From assembly GCF_000143415.4 (NCBI RefSeq), contig NW_003314307.1:1282952-1346951 (forward strand): a stretch of 64,000 nucleotides of DNA, in the 5' to 3' direction. The translations under genes and the position numbers were made by a program. How positions within the stretch are numbered: the first letter of the stretch is position 1; the number at the start of each line of letters is the position of its first letter. This document shows positions 24,087 to 36,337 of the stretch, one piece after another. The notes below the pieces were generated by a model. It worked only from the letters and a program-made list of their open reading frames with translations, ran no database searches and was not told the origin of the DNA. Source of the stretch: Selaginella moellendorffii (taxonomy: Eukaryota; Plantae; Lycopodiophyta).

Positions 24087-25819
24087 ATGAGCGACGATAC
24101 GACGGATGGAGAGGGTTTTCCTATAGGAATGCGCGTGCTAGTTGTGGACGATGATCCATTGTGCTTGCTCCTCCTCAAGAAGATGCTCCTACAGTGTAAA
24201 TATCACGGTAAGTTTTTGGGCGAGAGGAATTTACTGGGGAATTGATGTTCTTTGTCTGCCAGTGACTGCGTGTAGCAGGGCCGTGGAAGCGCTGCAGCTG
24301 CTACGCGAGAAGAAATTTCAATTTGACCTCGTCATCAGCGATGTCTACATGCCAGACATGGATGGATTCAAGCTCTTGGAGCTCATTGGCTTGGAAATGG
24401 ATCTTCCAGTCATAAGTAAGCGATCATACTCTCTCTCTCTCTCTCTCTCACTTGGGTTTTTCTTTTTTCTACTACTTGGATGGCTAAAAGTGTTATCTTT
24501 GTTGGATAGTGATGTCTGGCAATGGAGAGACGAGCGTGGTGATGGAAGGGATCACGCACGGCGCTTGCGACTATCTCCTCAAGCCCGTGCGCATCGAAGA
24601 GCTCCGGAACATCTGGCAGCACGTAGTGCGAAAGCGTGGAGCCAAAGAGGCTGCCAAGGAGGAATCGTCCGGAGAATGGGACGATAGCAGCGAGAAGTTC
24701 CCGGAGTACACGTCCAAGAAGAGGAAAGACAAGGATGCCGATAGTTCGGGTGGTGATGACCCGATAGAAGACATGTCCGGCCTCAAGAAAGCTCGAGTTG
24801 TCTGGTCCGGGGATCTCCACAGGCTGTTCGTCAAGGCAGTGAATCAGCTGGGCGTTGAAAGTAAGTTGCCTTGTATCTCTTTCTTCAGTAGAAGAAGCTA
24901 TGCTTGATCGAAATCTTTGTGGAAGCAGAAGCGGTGCCAAAGAGGATTCTGGAGATTATGAGTGTCCAAGGACTCACGAGGGAGAATGTCGCAAGTCATT
25001 TGCAGGTGATATATTGCCTATGATTTGTAAGTTTTGTTTTGGCTTTCTCGGCACAGCTAATATGACTAACCGGTTTTTGGTGGTGGTGGTGGTGGTGGTG
25101 GTGTGTAGAAATATCGCCTGGGACTCAAGCGCTTGAGCGGGGTGGACATGGAACCTCATCCGATTGCTTCGTTCCAGGCTGACGAGAGTGGTAGCTTTGG
25201 TGGCTCGATGTTCGTCCGCCCGGCTGGATCATCCAAGAGCTCCATCGCTCGGACAACCTCGTGTGCCGGTGGTGTGTTCGGGAAAGGCGTGGAGCAACTT
25301 GATCCCGGGACTTTGACAGCTCTCAAGCAGCTCCAGTCATCGATTCGTGGTGGTGGTGGCGGAGGCAGTGGTGGAGCACAGGTTTTGAAAGGTCCTCGAG
25401 CTCTCAAGATGAGGCAGGTTGCGTTTGATCGGAACCAAAGCGGTGGAGGTGGAGGAGCTTTGCAACGAACAGCATCGATCGAGCTGGGAAATTTGAAGAT
25501 GCAAGACGAGTGGGGAAGCGCTTGGAGTGTAGCTCCAACGGCGAATGCAGCGGCGATCAAGGAGGAGCAGCGGTCTGGAGGAGAGTCGAGCTTTAGTAGC
25601 TCGGTGGAGGAGCAAATGGATTTGCCGGATCTTGCATCGTTCAAGGCTGCAGCACCATCGAACCAGCAGCCACAGGGACTAAACAGGATCACAGAGGATT
25701 CGAGCGTAGAGCTGGACGACTTTTGCCTCCCCGAGGGGTCCAATTACTTCATTCCACCATTGCCACCGCCACCATTTCCATCCTTACAACAGCAGGAGAA
25801 CTGGTCGATAGATTTCTAA
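24087..25819 (+). CDS. Type-B cytokinin response regulator (receiver + GARP Myb-like domain), multi-exon
   Basis: [62 protein letters not shown] and [23 protein letters not shown], split by GT-AG introns. Confidence 0.93.
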
Positions 25820-26619
25820 CAGCAAAGCTAAGAGGAGAAAAAGGTACGCTCTCTCTACCAATCTGGTAAATGATGAAGCTGGTTAGAAGCTTGTGATGCT
25901 CCTAAAGCCTCGCATCATCCATCTCATCCTCATCCTCAAGAAAGAAAAACAAAAGCTAGTCTCTACACTATTTGCGTTTATAAGATGCAAGAGACAAAGA
26001 TGAGCCAAAAATCTCAGAATATAAAATTCTTGTCATCCGACTTTCATCCAGGACTGTTTCAAACGGGCCAAAGGGAGACGATACAAAATCCAAAACGTTC
26101 GACCAAAGTGCCACTTCTTCTCCTACATGTAGAAAAACTTGCCACCTTTCCAAACCCTTTGCCAACTTTGGGATCCCTGCGCACAGCTTAGCAACTCCAA
26201 AGTCACCTCGGATTGATCCACTTTCCTCACACCCATGGCGTAAACGCTCCCTTCGAAGAGATGAAACGCGCCTTGACGAAACTCTAGCCCGTCTGGCTAG
26301 CACTTGCTCCGCCGAAACCTCTCTTCGATTTCACCGAGGAAGCCATGCTCGGAGCCGGGACCTGCTAGCAGCTTCAAGGAAACCTTTGCTCGCTCTCCAT
26401 CGCACCCATGTCTTCGTTGGCAACTCGTCACAGTTCTGGCATCACCCACCATCTCCCTGCCAGCCTTCCACTCCATCCATCTTTTCAGTAAATTTCATCT
26501 CCATGAATTGATCTGGCGTCATCACCTCCATCAGAGCTTCCATCCTTACATATCGATATATGTATCAAGGTAGAAATACGAAAACCTTTAACGAAAAACA
26601 GCAAATACCTTGTCTGCCT

Positions 26620-28491
26620 TTAAAACATTCCCTTGAACACCGGATTGGTGCGGCATATAGTGGGTCCATACTCTTCATACTCCGCTTTTGTGTGGCATGC
26701 CTGAGGTGATGCCAGCACCAAGCGAGTGAGATGGAGAAGAGATCAAAGTTGAAATGCACATACCGTGTAGAACTCTGAAGCCGAAGCTAAGACCGAACCG
26801 CCAAACCAGACGGCGAATCGCTGCATTGGATGGCCAACCACGTTCACTTCTACAGGCTGGAAGGTCTCCATAGCGTCAAGATCACAGCACGACTAAGAAA
26901 AGAAAAAGAAAACACACACCTTGACATCCCCACCGTATTTTGCTGCGGTTGCCGTGGTTCGGGAGTCGACAATTTTCTTGATATCACGCTGAAGTCTCCG
27001 TTGGAAGTCTTTGAAAAGCGTGGAACCTCCCGAGAGAACAATGTTCTGTTGACAGTTTTAGAGTGTGTTAGAAGAGGAGCACAGGGAGCGTGTTTAGTTT
27101 TACTTTGTAAAGCGCTCGGCGGGTGTCAATCGGGGCGGACTGAATGCACTTGTCAACAACCTCAGGGAGAGGAGTGGAAAAGTCGCTACTGCATATTTCA
27201 GGAGCAAAGAATGACTGCAGCAAGTAAATAAGCGAAAGCAAATTAGCACACGCAAGAAAAAGCCGAAGGCTTTACCTCAGCAGCGAGAAAACGCTCGTAA
27301 CCAATATCGCAACTGTAAGCTTGCCCGGTCTTTGAATTCGTGCCAGTCCATTGCTTCATGTACTTGGACGGCTCCCTGTCGTGCTTATTAAACTCCTGCA
27401 ATTGCGAACGTATGCTGAATGAAGTTCAATGCATGAGCAAGCAGGAAAGCAAAGGAGAAAGAAAAACATCTTTCGCACTACCTTGACAATGTCAGCACAT
27501 GTGTACCCGTAAGATTCCTTCACTCTCCTGGCAACATCAAACGAGTCTTCGGGAGGAACAGGCTCGCCTCGCTCCTGGAAATCGGTCCATGCATCCTTGT
27601 CAGCGAGAAAACGAAGCGCAGGCATATACGTACTCGCATGAGCTGCTGCACAAAGGACGTGATGTCTCGACCGGCTACTGGGATGGATTTGATGCTGCTG
27701 CCCATCACGTATCCCTCGGCAACAGGCACGACATGCGTGACTCCATCGCCGGCATCGACCACAACCCCGGTCATCTCACACTGGAGACAGAGAAGAGTGA
27801 GCTACAAACAAAAAGAAGATCTCCAAGAACCTTGGAAGTTGTGTAGCCAGCAGCGAGAGCTAGAACAGCTTGCACAGCAATGTAGAGGCCCGAAACATTG
27901 AAAGTCTCAAACATGATCTCGGCAGTGTACTCTCGATTCTCTGGCGCCGTGAGAGGGCTCTCCGTCAAGAGGAAGTAGTGATCCTCGGGATCACACCGCA
28001 GGTAGTTGAAGATACACTGCTGCCAAAACCTCTCCATGGCGTCCCAGTTGTCCACCTGGACGAAGAAGAAACCATGAATCACGAGAGAAGAGAGAGGTAG
28101 AGAAGGATCGCAAGCAGGACCTGGCCGTGACGGATCGGATACGTGAGCGTGTACGCAGGCCCGTGAGTCCGCGCCAGAGCTTCGTCGCCGATGAAGAAGT
28201 CGAGATCGGCCATGACACCAGCATTGTGGCGCGCGAGCCATCCGCCCTTGCCCTGTGGAGAGAGCGCGGCAGGAGAGGAAGCGGCGAGGCAGGACTCGTT
28301 GATCGCCACGACCGTGGGGATTATGAAGGACGGCTCCACATTCCCTGCGAATCCAATCTTGGAGTAGCTGCCAAGGATGAAATTTCGATGATCTGAATCG
28401 CAGAAGGAAGAATGCAGGCAGCGCTCTAGATCGATCGTTCTTACCCGGTGCCATTGTCGATCACGACCGCCGGCCGGCCCGTGGCATCCAT
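26620..28491 (-). CDS. ARP3: Actin-related protein 3 (ARP2/3 complex), multi-exon
   Basis: [71 protein letters not shown] and C-terminal [16 protein letters not shown]. Confidence 0.95.
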
Positions 28492-28560
28492 CGCGAGCTA
28501 ACCACACCACCAAGAACCCTAATGTAGGGTTTTCTTCTATCTCGTGCCATTTGGGATTCA

Positions 28561-30077
28561 ATGGCCAGGGTATCAGCGTCCAAGGCGCGAGCTTTCACGC
28601 GCAACGATTCCGCGGCAGCAGCGTCGATCTCGCGTAAGATCTTGATCGAAATATCTTCACTCCTGGTGGGCATCGATCGATCCGGTGTGTTTCTTTCTTC
28701 CTTCCAGGGCTCTGGTCCAAGGCTGCATTGCTCACGATGACTGTGCTCGTGTCCTGGGCGGTAGTGGCCATCCGAGCGCCTCCGCCGAAGATTTGTGGAG
28801 CTCCAGGCGGCCCGCCAGTGACAGCGCCTCGGATCAAGCTGCGCGATGGCCGCTACCTCGCCTACAAGGAAGCTGGAGTTCCAAAAGACCAAGCCAAGCA
28901 CAAGATCGTCATCCTCCACGGCTACACGCGCTGCCGGCTCGCTCTCATCAGCGCATCGCCGGTAATTCCTACTTGTTGTTGCTTCCCCTGGACAGATCGA
29001 TCGAAATGTGTGACTGTAGGATACGATTGAAAGGCTGGGAGTGTACATGGTGAGCTACGACAGGGCCGGCTATGGACAGAGCGATCCACATCCTGCCAGG
29101 AGCGTCGAGTCGGAGGCTCGCGATGTGGAAGAACTGGCCGATTCTCTCGGCCTGGGATCCAAGTTCTACGTTCTGTCCGTCTCTCTTGGAGCTCACGGCG
29201 CGTGGGGATGCATTAAATACATTCCACAAAGGTTCGCTTTCTCGCTTTTCCTTTTCCGTGGAAAGCTTGCGTTTTTGCTCGTGAGCTTTTCGTGGTGATT
29301 TTTGCGTGATTTCTTTCTGGATTTTTCTTGTGTGTGTTTGTCTCCAGGCTCGGTTTTCGATCTTTGCTGCTCAATCCTTTTTCCTGCATTGATCAAAGAC
29401 TTGTTTTGCTTGCTTCTATGAGAACAAAAGTTTGTCTCACTGGTTTGATCTTGTTCTCTCAGGCTCGCCGGTGTGGCTCTAGTCGTGCCGGTGGTAAACT
29501 ACTTCTGGCCGAGCGTGTCCACGCCCGAGGGCCGAGCGGTGTTTAACAAGCAGCCGCTGGGCGACCGCCTCTTCCTCAGTGTCTCGCACTACGCGCCCTG
29601 GCTCGTTTACTGGTGGCTCACACAGAAAATCCTTCCAACGTCCAGCACCGTCAACATGAACCAGGCCGATATCTGTCCCTCTGATCGAGCAGCTCAAGAA
29701 GAAACCAGAGAATCCGACGCCCAAGTTCGTCAATCTCTCCTCCTTTGGATCAAATCTCTGACAAAGTTTCCTCTTGGCAGGAGAGGAAAGAAGCGCTGCA
29801 GCAGGGACTGAGTGAATCGCTGTGCCGGGACTCGAGCGTCATGTTTGGGAAGTGGCCGTTTGATCCGGCCGAGCTGGAGAACCCGTTCGAGGGCGAGAAC
29901 TTGACGAAGAAGATCATCCACGTCTGGCAAGGCGAGAAGGATTTCTTGGTGCCAGTGGAGCTCCAAAGAATGGTGGTGAAGAAGCTAGAATCGTGGGTGG
30001 AGTATCACGAAATCCCTGAGAGAGGTCATATCCTCCGAGAATTCACAGACCAAATCTTAGAGACGCTCGTCTCGTAG
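28561..30077 (+). CDS. Alpha/beta-fold hydrolase (plant AB hydrolase-1 family), multi-exon
   Basis: [52 protein letters not shown] nucleophile elbow, HVWQGEKD and ERGH. Confidence 0.9.
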
Positions 30078-30182
30078 GACGAAGATACTGTTAATCCAAG
30101 CTTTGTTAATCAAGGTTATCACTAAGTTAATCCATTTTTAAAAAAGAGGAAACCTAGGGCACAGAGAGAATGCGCGGGAGAG

Positions 30183-32637
30183 ATGAGCCATTGCGCCATC
30201 GCCGCTCTCCACTGCGTGGTTGTGGATGATCCATCGTGCTCGGCGGCGAGGCTGAGGAGCGGCGGCAGCGCTGGCGCCTGCTGCAGTGTGAGAATCGCGG
30301 CCCCGTCGAGCCGGGCAGCAAGATCTTTCGGGAAGGTAGGGTGTAGTGGCAGCAACGCGGACAGCGTTTGTGGGATCTGTCACCCGCTCGCGATTGGGAT
30401 TTCGCGGTCGGAAGAGAAATGGAGAAAGCGAAATCTAGCGATTCGCGCTGCCGAGCAGCAGGGCGGTGGTAGCGGCGGTGGTAGCGGCGGTGTGGTTCGA
30501 AAGAAGAGGCCGCCTCGGCCGACTTATCCGGATTCTCGATACCACATTGTCTTGCAAGTAAGCAATGGTTTTTAGTTTTCGAAGCATTGATCATTTTTTT
30601 CTCCTTTGTTTCCTCCAGGGATTCAACTGGGAATCTCAAGCAAAGAAGCCTTGGTATGACACTCTCAAGAGCAGGGCTGCGGAGATCCAAGCTGCCGGCT
30701 TCACAGATGTGTGGTTTCCACCACCTTCACAGTCGGTTGATAAGCATGGTACAACACTCTTTTTTCGTTCCTGGTGGCTGTTGTTTCAGCAAACTTGCTC
30801 TGACTCCACGGTTTGCTCCCAGGATATTTGCCGACTCAGCTCTACGATCTTAACTCGTCGAGCTACGGGAATGAGGCCCAGCTGAGGGAATGCATCGACG
30901 TCTTGCATTCGCATAACCTGTGCTGCATCGCCGACATCGTGATCAACCATCGAAGTGGCTGGAAGCAAGACTCAACTGGACACTGGAACCTTTACGAGGG
31001 TGGAACCAAGGACAAGAGGCTTGACTGGGGACCGTGGGCTTTGGTCAGCAACGACATCTATGACAGTGGTGGGAAGGGGTCCAAGGATAGTGGTGAGAGC
31101 TATGGAGCGGCTCCGGACCTGGACCATTCCAACAAGCAAGTGCAAGACGAGCTCACAGACTGGATGAACTGGATGAAGGCAGAGATTGGATTCGATGGTT
31201 GGCGCTTCGATTTCGTCAAGGGCTACTCACCGGCCTACACCAAGATGTAAGCAACAACACGTTACACATCCAACCAACATCACGTAAGAACAAACTTTGC
31301 TTTCTTTTTTCTCCTGAAACTCTCAACGAGCATGTTCATATAGATACTGCGAGAGGACACATCCAAGCTTCTCGGTGGGCGAGTACTGGACTTCGTTGAA
31401 CTACGAAAACGGCAGGGCGGCTGCAAACCAAAGTAAGCGCGCATTTGTTTCTCTTAGGAGAATTGACTCTCTTGGTCGTCACAGATACCCACAGGCAACA
31501 GCTTTGCGATTGGATTGATGGTACTGGAGGACTTTCCTGTGTGTTCGACTTCACCACCAAAGGAGTTCTTCAAGATGCCGTGAAGAACGAGTACTGGCGA
31601 CTGCGGGACGGAGAGGGAAAGCCTCCCGGTCTTATTGGTAACGTTACTTATCTATGTTTCGTCCCGGAAACAAGATGCTTTTGTGTGTCTTGAGCAGGGT
31701 GGTATCCAACAAAAGCTGTAACTTTTGTCGACAATCACGACACGGGATCTACTCAGAGACACTGGAATTTTCCCGATGACAAAGTTCTCTTGGGCTACGT
31801 ATACATCATCACGCATCCGGGCATACCATGCATTGTAAGTCTGCGAGCCTCCTGAGAGCTTTTAATCGATCCTCTTGCAGTTCTGGGACCATTTCTTCGA
31901 CTGGGGGATGAAGGACAAGATCTCACAACTGATGGAGCTGAGACGAAACAACGGCATACACTCAGACAGCAAGATCACGATTCTTGCAGCAGACTTCGAC
32001 ATGTACGTTGCCTGTGTCGACGAAAGGCTCATCATCAAGCTCGGAAACAGGTAACCAAGTAGTAGTCATTCTTTTGGAGGATCAAAGTTTATACAAAGCC
32101 ACGCGCAGGTTTGACATGGGCACGCTCGTCCCAAATCCCACAGCGTGGAAGATCATCATGACCGGACCAGAGTTCGCCATCTGGGAAAACATGAAAGAGC
32201 ATGCCATCCTTCCACAGCCAAAGCTCACGTCCGATATTGTCATCAACGCGGCTGGTGGCAGTGCAGCAGATGCCACCAAGACAGACGTGGAGATCAAAAT
32301 CACTACCGACATGTCGTGTGGAACCGTGGGCCGGATAATGCAGGAGGTGCCCGGCCTCGTCTCAAACGCAAAAGACTTGAGCGACACCTTGAAGAGCTGC
32401 AAGCTCCCGCCTCCCAGCGGGATTGACAACGGCAAGAACAAGGACAAGGACAAGGACAAGAGCAAGCCAGCAGCACCGAAGCATAAAGTGGAGATCCATG
32501 ACGAAGACAATGAGGACGATGAAGATGATGAAGACGACGATGACGATGATGAAGACGATGATGAAGATGAAGATGACAATGAGAATGACGACGACGACAA
32601 AGACGAGCGTGAGAATGTTAAAAACAAGAAGAAATGA
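30183..32637 (+). CDS. GH13 alpha-amylase with putative plastid transit peptide and acidic C-terminal extension, multi-exon
   Basis: [51 protein letters not shown] and [12 protein letters not shown]. Confidence 0.93.
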
Positions 32638-32937
32638 AACTCACCATTTCCCATCACCATTGTTGGATGATATAAATCTTCTCGTGCTTGCAAAGCTCCC
32701 AAGAGAATAGCTCCCCCTGAAAGCCACAAAAGTCTCTGGTTAAAACACGTAACCAAAAAAAACGCAAGTAAATAAAAAAAAGGTGAGCTTTATAAGTGAT
32801 TGGTAAGTAGAGAGACAAATGCGTCTCACAAGCAGTTCCCAGCCTATGGCATCCTGCCAGCCTTCAAGAAAAAAAGAAGCCCACCGTGAAAAGAAAAAAG
32901 AAAAAACGAAGCAAACTTTAGAAGCGTCGAGTATGAA

Positions 32938-35916
32938 TCATAAGACAGAGTACTTCCCAGGTTGGACAGCCGGTTGCAACACCATGTTGGACGTAGACTC
33001 CTCCAGGATGCGCTTGATCTCCCCCTTGGCCTTCTTAACCGAGGTCTCGGATCCACCTTCGATGAAGAGATAGAGCTTGCGCTCGCCGGGGCCTGGGATC
33101 TTCCCCGGTGGAAAGAACTGCCCGCGAGTCGTGATCGCGGCTCCAGTCCACTCGCTAATCTGTCCCAGCGCATCCTTGTGCGTGACTTTCCAGCGAGCGT
33201 GCTGGGGAAAGTCGTTGATCTCCAGCTCCGCCTCGTACCGCTCCTGGAGCGACTCGGCCGTGATCTTCTGGATGTTGTGCTGCAAGTTCTTCACCACCTG
33301 GATCGCCTTGTCGCGGAAGTCCGACGGCTGGCCGGGGACTATCCCCGGGATGGTGATGCTCGGCAGGACCGGGATGGCGGCGACGGAGGTTCCAGCGGCT
33401 TGAGAGTTCACGGCCTTGGCTGCGTTTGTGAAGGCCAGCATCATGTCCACTCCTGTCTTCCGGATCTCGTTGTCGTCGTCCGTCTCGCCAGGCTCCTCCT
33501 CTTCCTCGTAGCCATACTCCTTGGCCTGGGCTTTCTTCGCGGCCCTGAGAGCTTCGTCCTCCTCCTCGTTGAACTTGAAGCCGCTGCCACCATAGCCACT
33601 GCCGTGAGCCTTCTCACTCCCCTGGTTCACCTTTGCGATGAAACCATCAGCCAGGCTCTTCAAGTCCTCGGGGATGGGCTGCTCCGAGAGCTCCAGCGCC
33701 TTGGCAAGGTCGGGAGCGTATCTGTCCTCGTCGGGGGCGATGAAAGTCACGGCACATCCCTTCCGGCCCGCCCGTCCAGTGCGTCCCACGCGGTGGACGT
33801 AGTCCTCGTAGTGATTGGGAACGTCATAGTTGACGACCAGCTCCAGCTCCTTCACGTCCAAACCTCTCGCTGCGACGCTCGTCGCCACCAAAAGGTTGCA
33901 AACGTTGGACTTAAAGTCGGACAGCGTCGACTCCCGGTCGGTCTGGTCCTTGGCACCGTGGAGAGACAAGCACGGATACCCGGCCTTGAGAAGGTCCCTG
34001 AAGAGGCTGTCGCATTTCTCCTGCGAGTGGACGAACACCAGCACCTTTCCTTTCTCGTACCACTCGCCGAGGAGCTCGAGCAGCCGCAGGAAACGATCCT
34101 CCTCCGGACGGACCTCCACCGTCTGAGTTATGTCCTTGTTCACCACACTGCGTCCTCCAACTTGGATCTCCACCGGCTTGTCCAAGACTTTACGAGCCAG
34201 GAGCTCAACCTGGCGTGGAAACGTCGCGGAGAAGAGCACCGTCTGCCGGTCCGGCCTCGTGTTCTGGACGATCCTGGTTATCTGCGGCTCAAAGCCCATG
34301 TCAAACATGCGGTCGGCCTCGTCCATCACCAAGTATGTCACCCGTCTCAAGTTTGTGATCTTCCCGGAGCTGGTGCACAGTATATCGATCATTCTTCCCG
34401 GTGTGCACACTACTATCTCGGCACCACGCTTGAGCTCGCTAATCTGCTGGGCGACTCCAGAGCCGCCATAGACAGGGACACAGGTAAGCCCAATAACTCT
34501 GGTGAATTTCTTTATGTCACTGTATATCTGTTGCACAAGCTCCCTCGTCGGAGCCATGATGAGACCGATGGGACCGTCCCCCTGAGCAAGCGGCGGCTGG
34601 TCTTTGATGTGTCTCAGCATCGGCAGAACGAAGGCGAGCGTCTTGCCGGAGCCTGTCTTTGCGATACCAATGCAGTCCCGGCCGTTCATGATGATCGGAA
34701 GTGCCTGTGCTTGGATCGGCATGGGCCGCTCGAAGCCCAGCTTCTTTATCACGTCCAGCATCTTGCTGCTCAGGCCGGTCTGGTTCCACGTCTTGATCGG
34801 CTTGGGGACGTCCTTCCCCTTGACTTTGAGCTCCAGCTCCTTGCGGTATGCCGTGACATCTTCCTTGCTCATCCTCTGGATCTCCTTCACCTCCTTGTAA
34901 AAGTCCTTGCGGAAGGAAGTGTAAGGAACCTTTGTGTGGTCGACCACCGCCAGCTTCTCGGCTTTGGTCTTCTTCACCCGCTTTATAAAGTCCTCGTCGT
35001 CTTCCTCGGCATCACTGTCGTCGTCATCCCCGGCTTCCACCTCGGACTCCGAGTCCCCTCGAGGTCCTCGATTCTTCTTCAAGATGCTTGGAGGCTGTGA
35101 GGCTTTAGATTCTTGAGCGGTAGCCCCAGCACCAGCGACAGAAGGCGGCGCCGCTTGGAGCTTCTTCACCTCGGGAATGACCATGGTGTTCATGAAAGCA
35201 TCCAGAGGATCCACCTCCTCCTCCTCTTCCTGGACAACTTCCATCGGAGCTTCCTCGACTCCTCCACCTTGCTTAGCTTGGCTCTCTTCAGCTCGAGCAG
35301 CCGCATCACCATTTCCAACCTCCTCGTCAGACTCATCCCCTTCGAGCGTCCATGCCTTGCCATTTGCGACCTCGCCTTGCTCGTCTTGAGCTGCAATACC
35401 TTTGCTCTCCCTTTCTTCATCTTCCTTTTGCCGCCGTTGCTCTTGCCACTCCTGGACTCTCCGCCTCCGCTTCTCCATCTCCTCGTCCAATCTCTTCTGC
35501 TCGGCCTCCTTGTCGTCGCCGCCCTCCTCCTCCACACCCTTCCCTTCACCACTGCTATCGCCACCATCTTCCTTTCTCGCCCTCTTCGCTTCCCTCTCCC
35601 TCTCCTCGTCATCCTCCTCTTGCTTACTTCTCTCTCGCTTCTCACGGTCCCTGCTCCTCCTATCTCTCTCGCGCTCGCGATGCCTGTCTCTGTCCCGATC
35701 CCTTTCCCTGTCCCTGTCCCGCTCTCTTTCCCTGTGATGCTCCCTGTCCCTGTGGTGATGCCTCTCGCGATCGCGCTCTCGATCTCGATCCCTACTGCTG
35801 CGTACCTTGTCCTTGTGGCGGTCTCGATCCCGATCGCGCTCGCGCTTCGAATCCTCGCCCCGCGATGACCGCTCGCCCTTGCGCTCTTCGCTCTTGCGAT
35901 CCCTCTCCTTGCCCAT
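32938..35916 (-). CDS. RH42: DEAD-box RNA helicase 42 / DDX46 / Prp5 orthologue
   Basis: RD/RE-rich N-terminus, DPLDAFM, AKTGSGKT, PTRELV, DEADRMFDMGFEPQ, SAT, HRVGRTGRAG and C-terminal KH-like LEINDFPQHARWKVT. Start placed at MGKERDR. Confidence 0.95.
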   Translation of the reverse strand: MGKERDRKSEERKGERSSRGEDSKRERDRDRDRHKDKVRSSRDRDRERDRERHHHRDREHHRERERDRDRERDRDRDRHRERERDRRSRDREKRERSKQEEDDEEREREAKRARKEDGGDSSGEGKGVEEEGGDDKEAEQKRLDEEMEKRRRRVQEWQEQRRQKEDEERESKGIAAQDEQGEVANGKAWTLEGDESDEEVGNGDAAARAEESQAKQGGGVEEAPMEVVQEEEEEVDPLDAFMNTMVIPEVKKLQAAPPSVAGAGATAQESKASQPPSILKKNRGPRGDSESEVEAGDDDDSDAEEDDEDFIKRVKKTKAEKLAVVDHTKVPYTSFRKDFYKEVKEIQRMSKEDVTAYRKELELKVKGKDVPKPIKTWNQTGLSSKMLDVIKKLGFERPMPIQAQALPIIMNGRDCIGIAKTGSGKTLAFVLPMLRHIKDQPPLAQGDGPIGLIMAPTRELVQQIYSDIKKFTRVIGLTCVPVYGGSGVAQQISELKRGAEIVVCTPGRMIDILCTSSGKITNLRRVTYLVMDEADRMFDMGFEPQITRIVQNTRPDRQTVLFSATFPRQVELLARKVLDKPVEIQVGGRSVVNKDITQTVEVRPEEDRFLRLLELLGEWYEKGKVLVFVHSQEKCDSLFRDLLKAGYPCLSLHGAKDQTDRESTLSDFKSNVCNLLVATSVAARGLDVKELELVVNYDVPNHYEDYVHRVGRTGRAGRKGCAVTFIAPDEDRYAPDLAKALELSEQPIPEDLKSLADGFIAKVNQGSEKAHGSGYGGSGFKFNEEEDEALRAAKKAQAKEYGYEEEEEPGETDDDNEIRKTGVDMMLAFTNAAKAVNSQAAGTSVAAIPVLPSITIPGIVPGQPSDFRDKAIQVVKNLQHNIQKITAESLQERYEAELEINDFPQHARWKVTHKDALGQISEWTGAAITTRGQFFPPGKIPGPGERKLYLFIEGGSETSVKKAKGEIKRILEESTSNMVLQPAVQPGKYSVL

Positions 35917-36337
35917 GCTCCCCAGCCCTAGCAAATTAGGGCAAGAGAGAATATACCTAGATGTGAATCTACGGAGAATCGTCATAGAATATGCGTAAAA
36001 CAAAGCCGTTGAGATGGACGGCATCGGGGTGACTATGGCGCTTCTGTGTCCAGCGCATAGCTATGGCGCGGCGCAACGAGCCGGAGGCGTTCCATCGCCA
36101 TCGCCGGATCCAATCCATCCTTGGGCCCTAGGTCTGTGATCACACCGTGAATATCTCCAAAGGTTGCGATTGATCGTTTTGGTTGCCATGTAGCGAGGAT
36201 TTCGCCATGGGTGGAGGAGCAGATTGGAATCCACTAGGAGCGGAGCTTTTCGGCTCGGATCAACCGATCTAGGGAGCTACAGTAGGATCAGCGCCAGGAG
36301 TTTGGAGGAAACAAAGGGTTTGGGATATTTGGTCGCG

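Noticed and set aside
25968-26500. Possible decayed gene (F-box-associated-like) on the minus strand between the response regulator and ARP3
   Set aside because: Multiple stops and no motif I can identify with confidence.
32962-35100. 712-aa plus-strand ORF
   Set aside because: Antisense shadow of the GC-rich DEAD-box helicase gene; no domain features.
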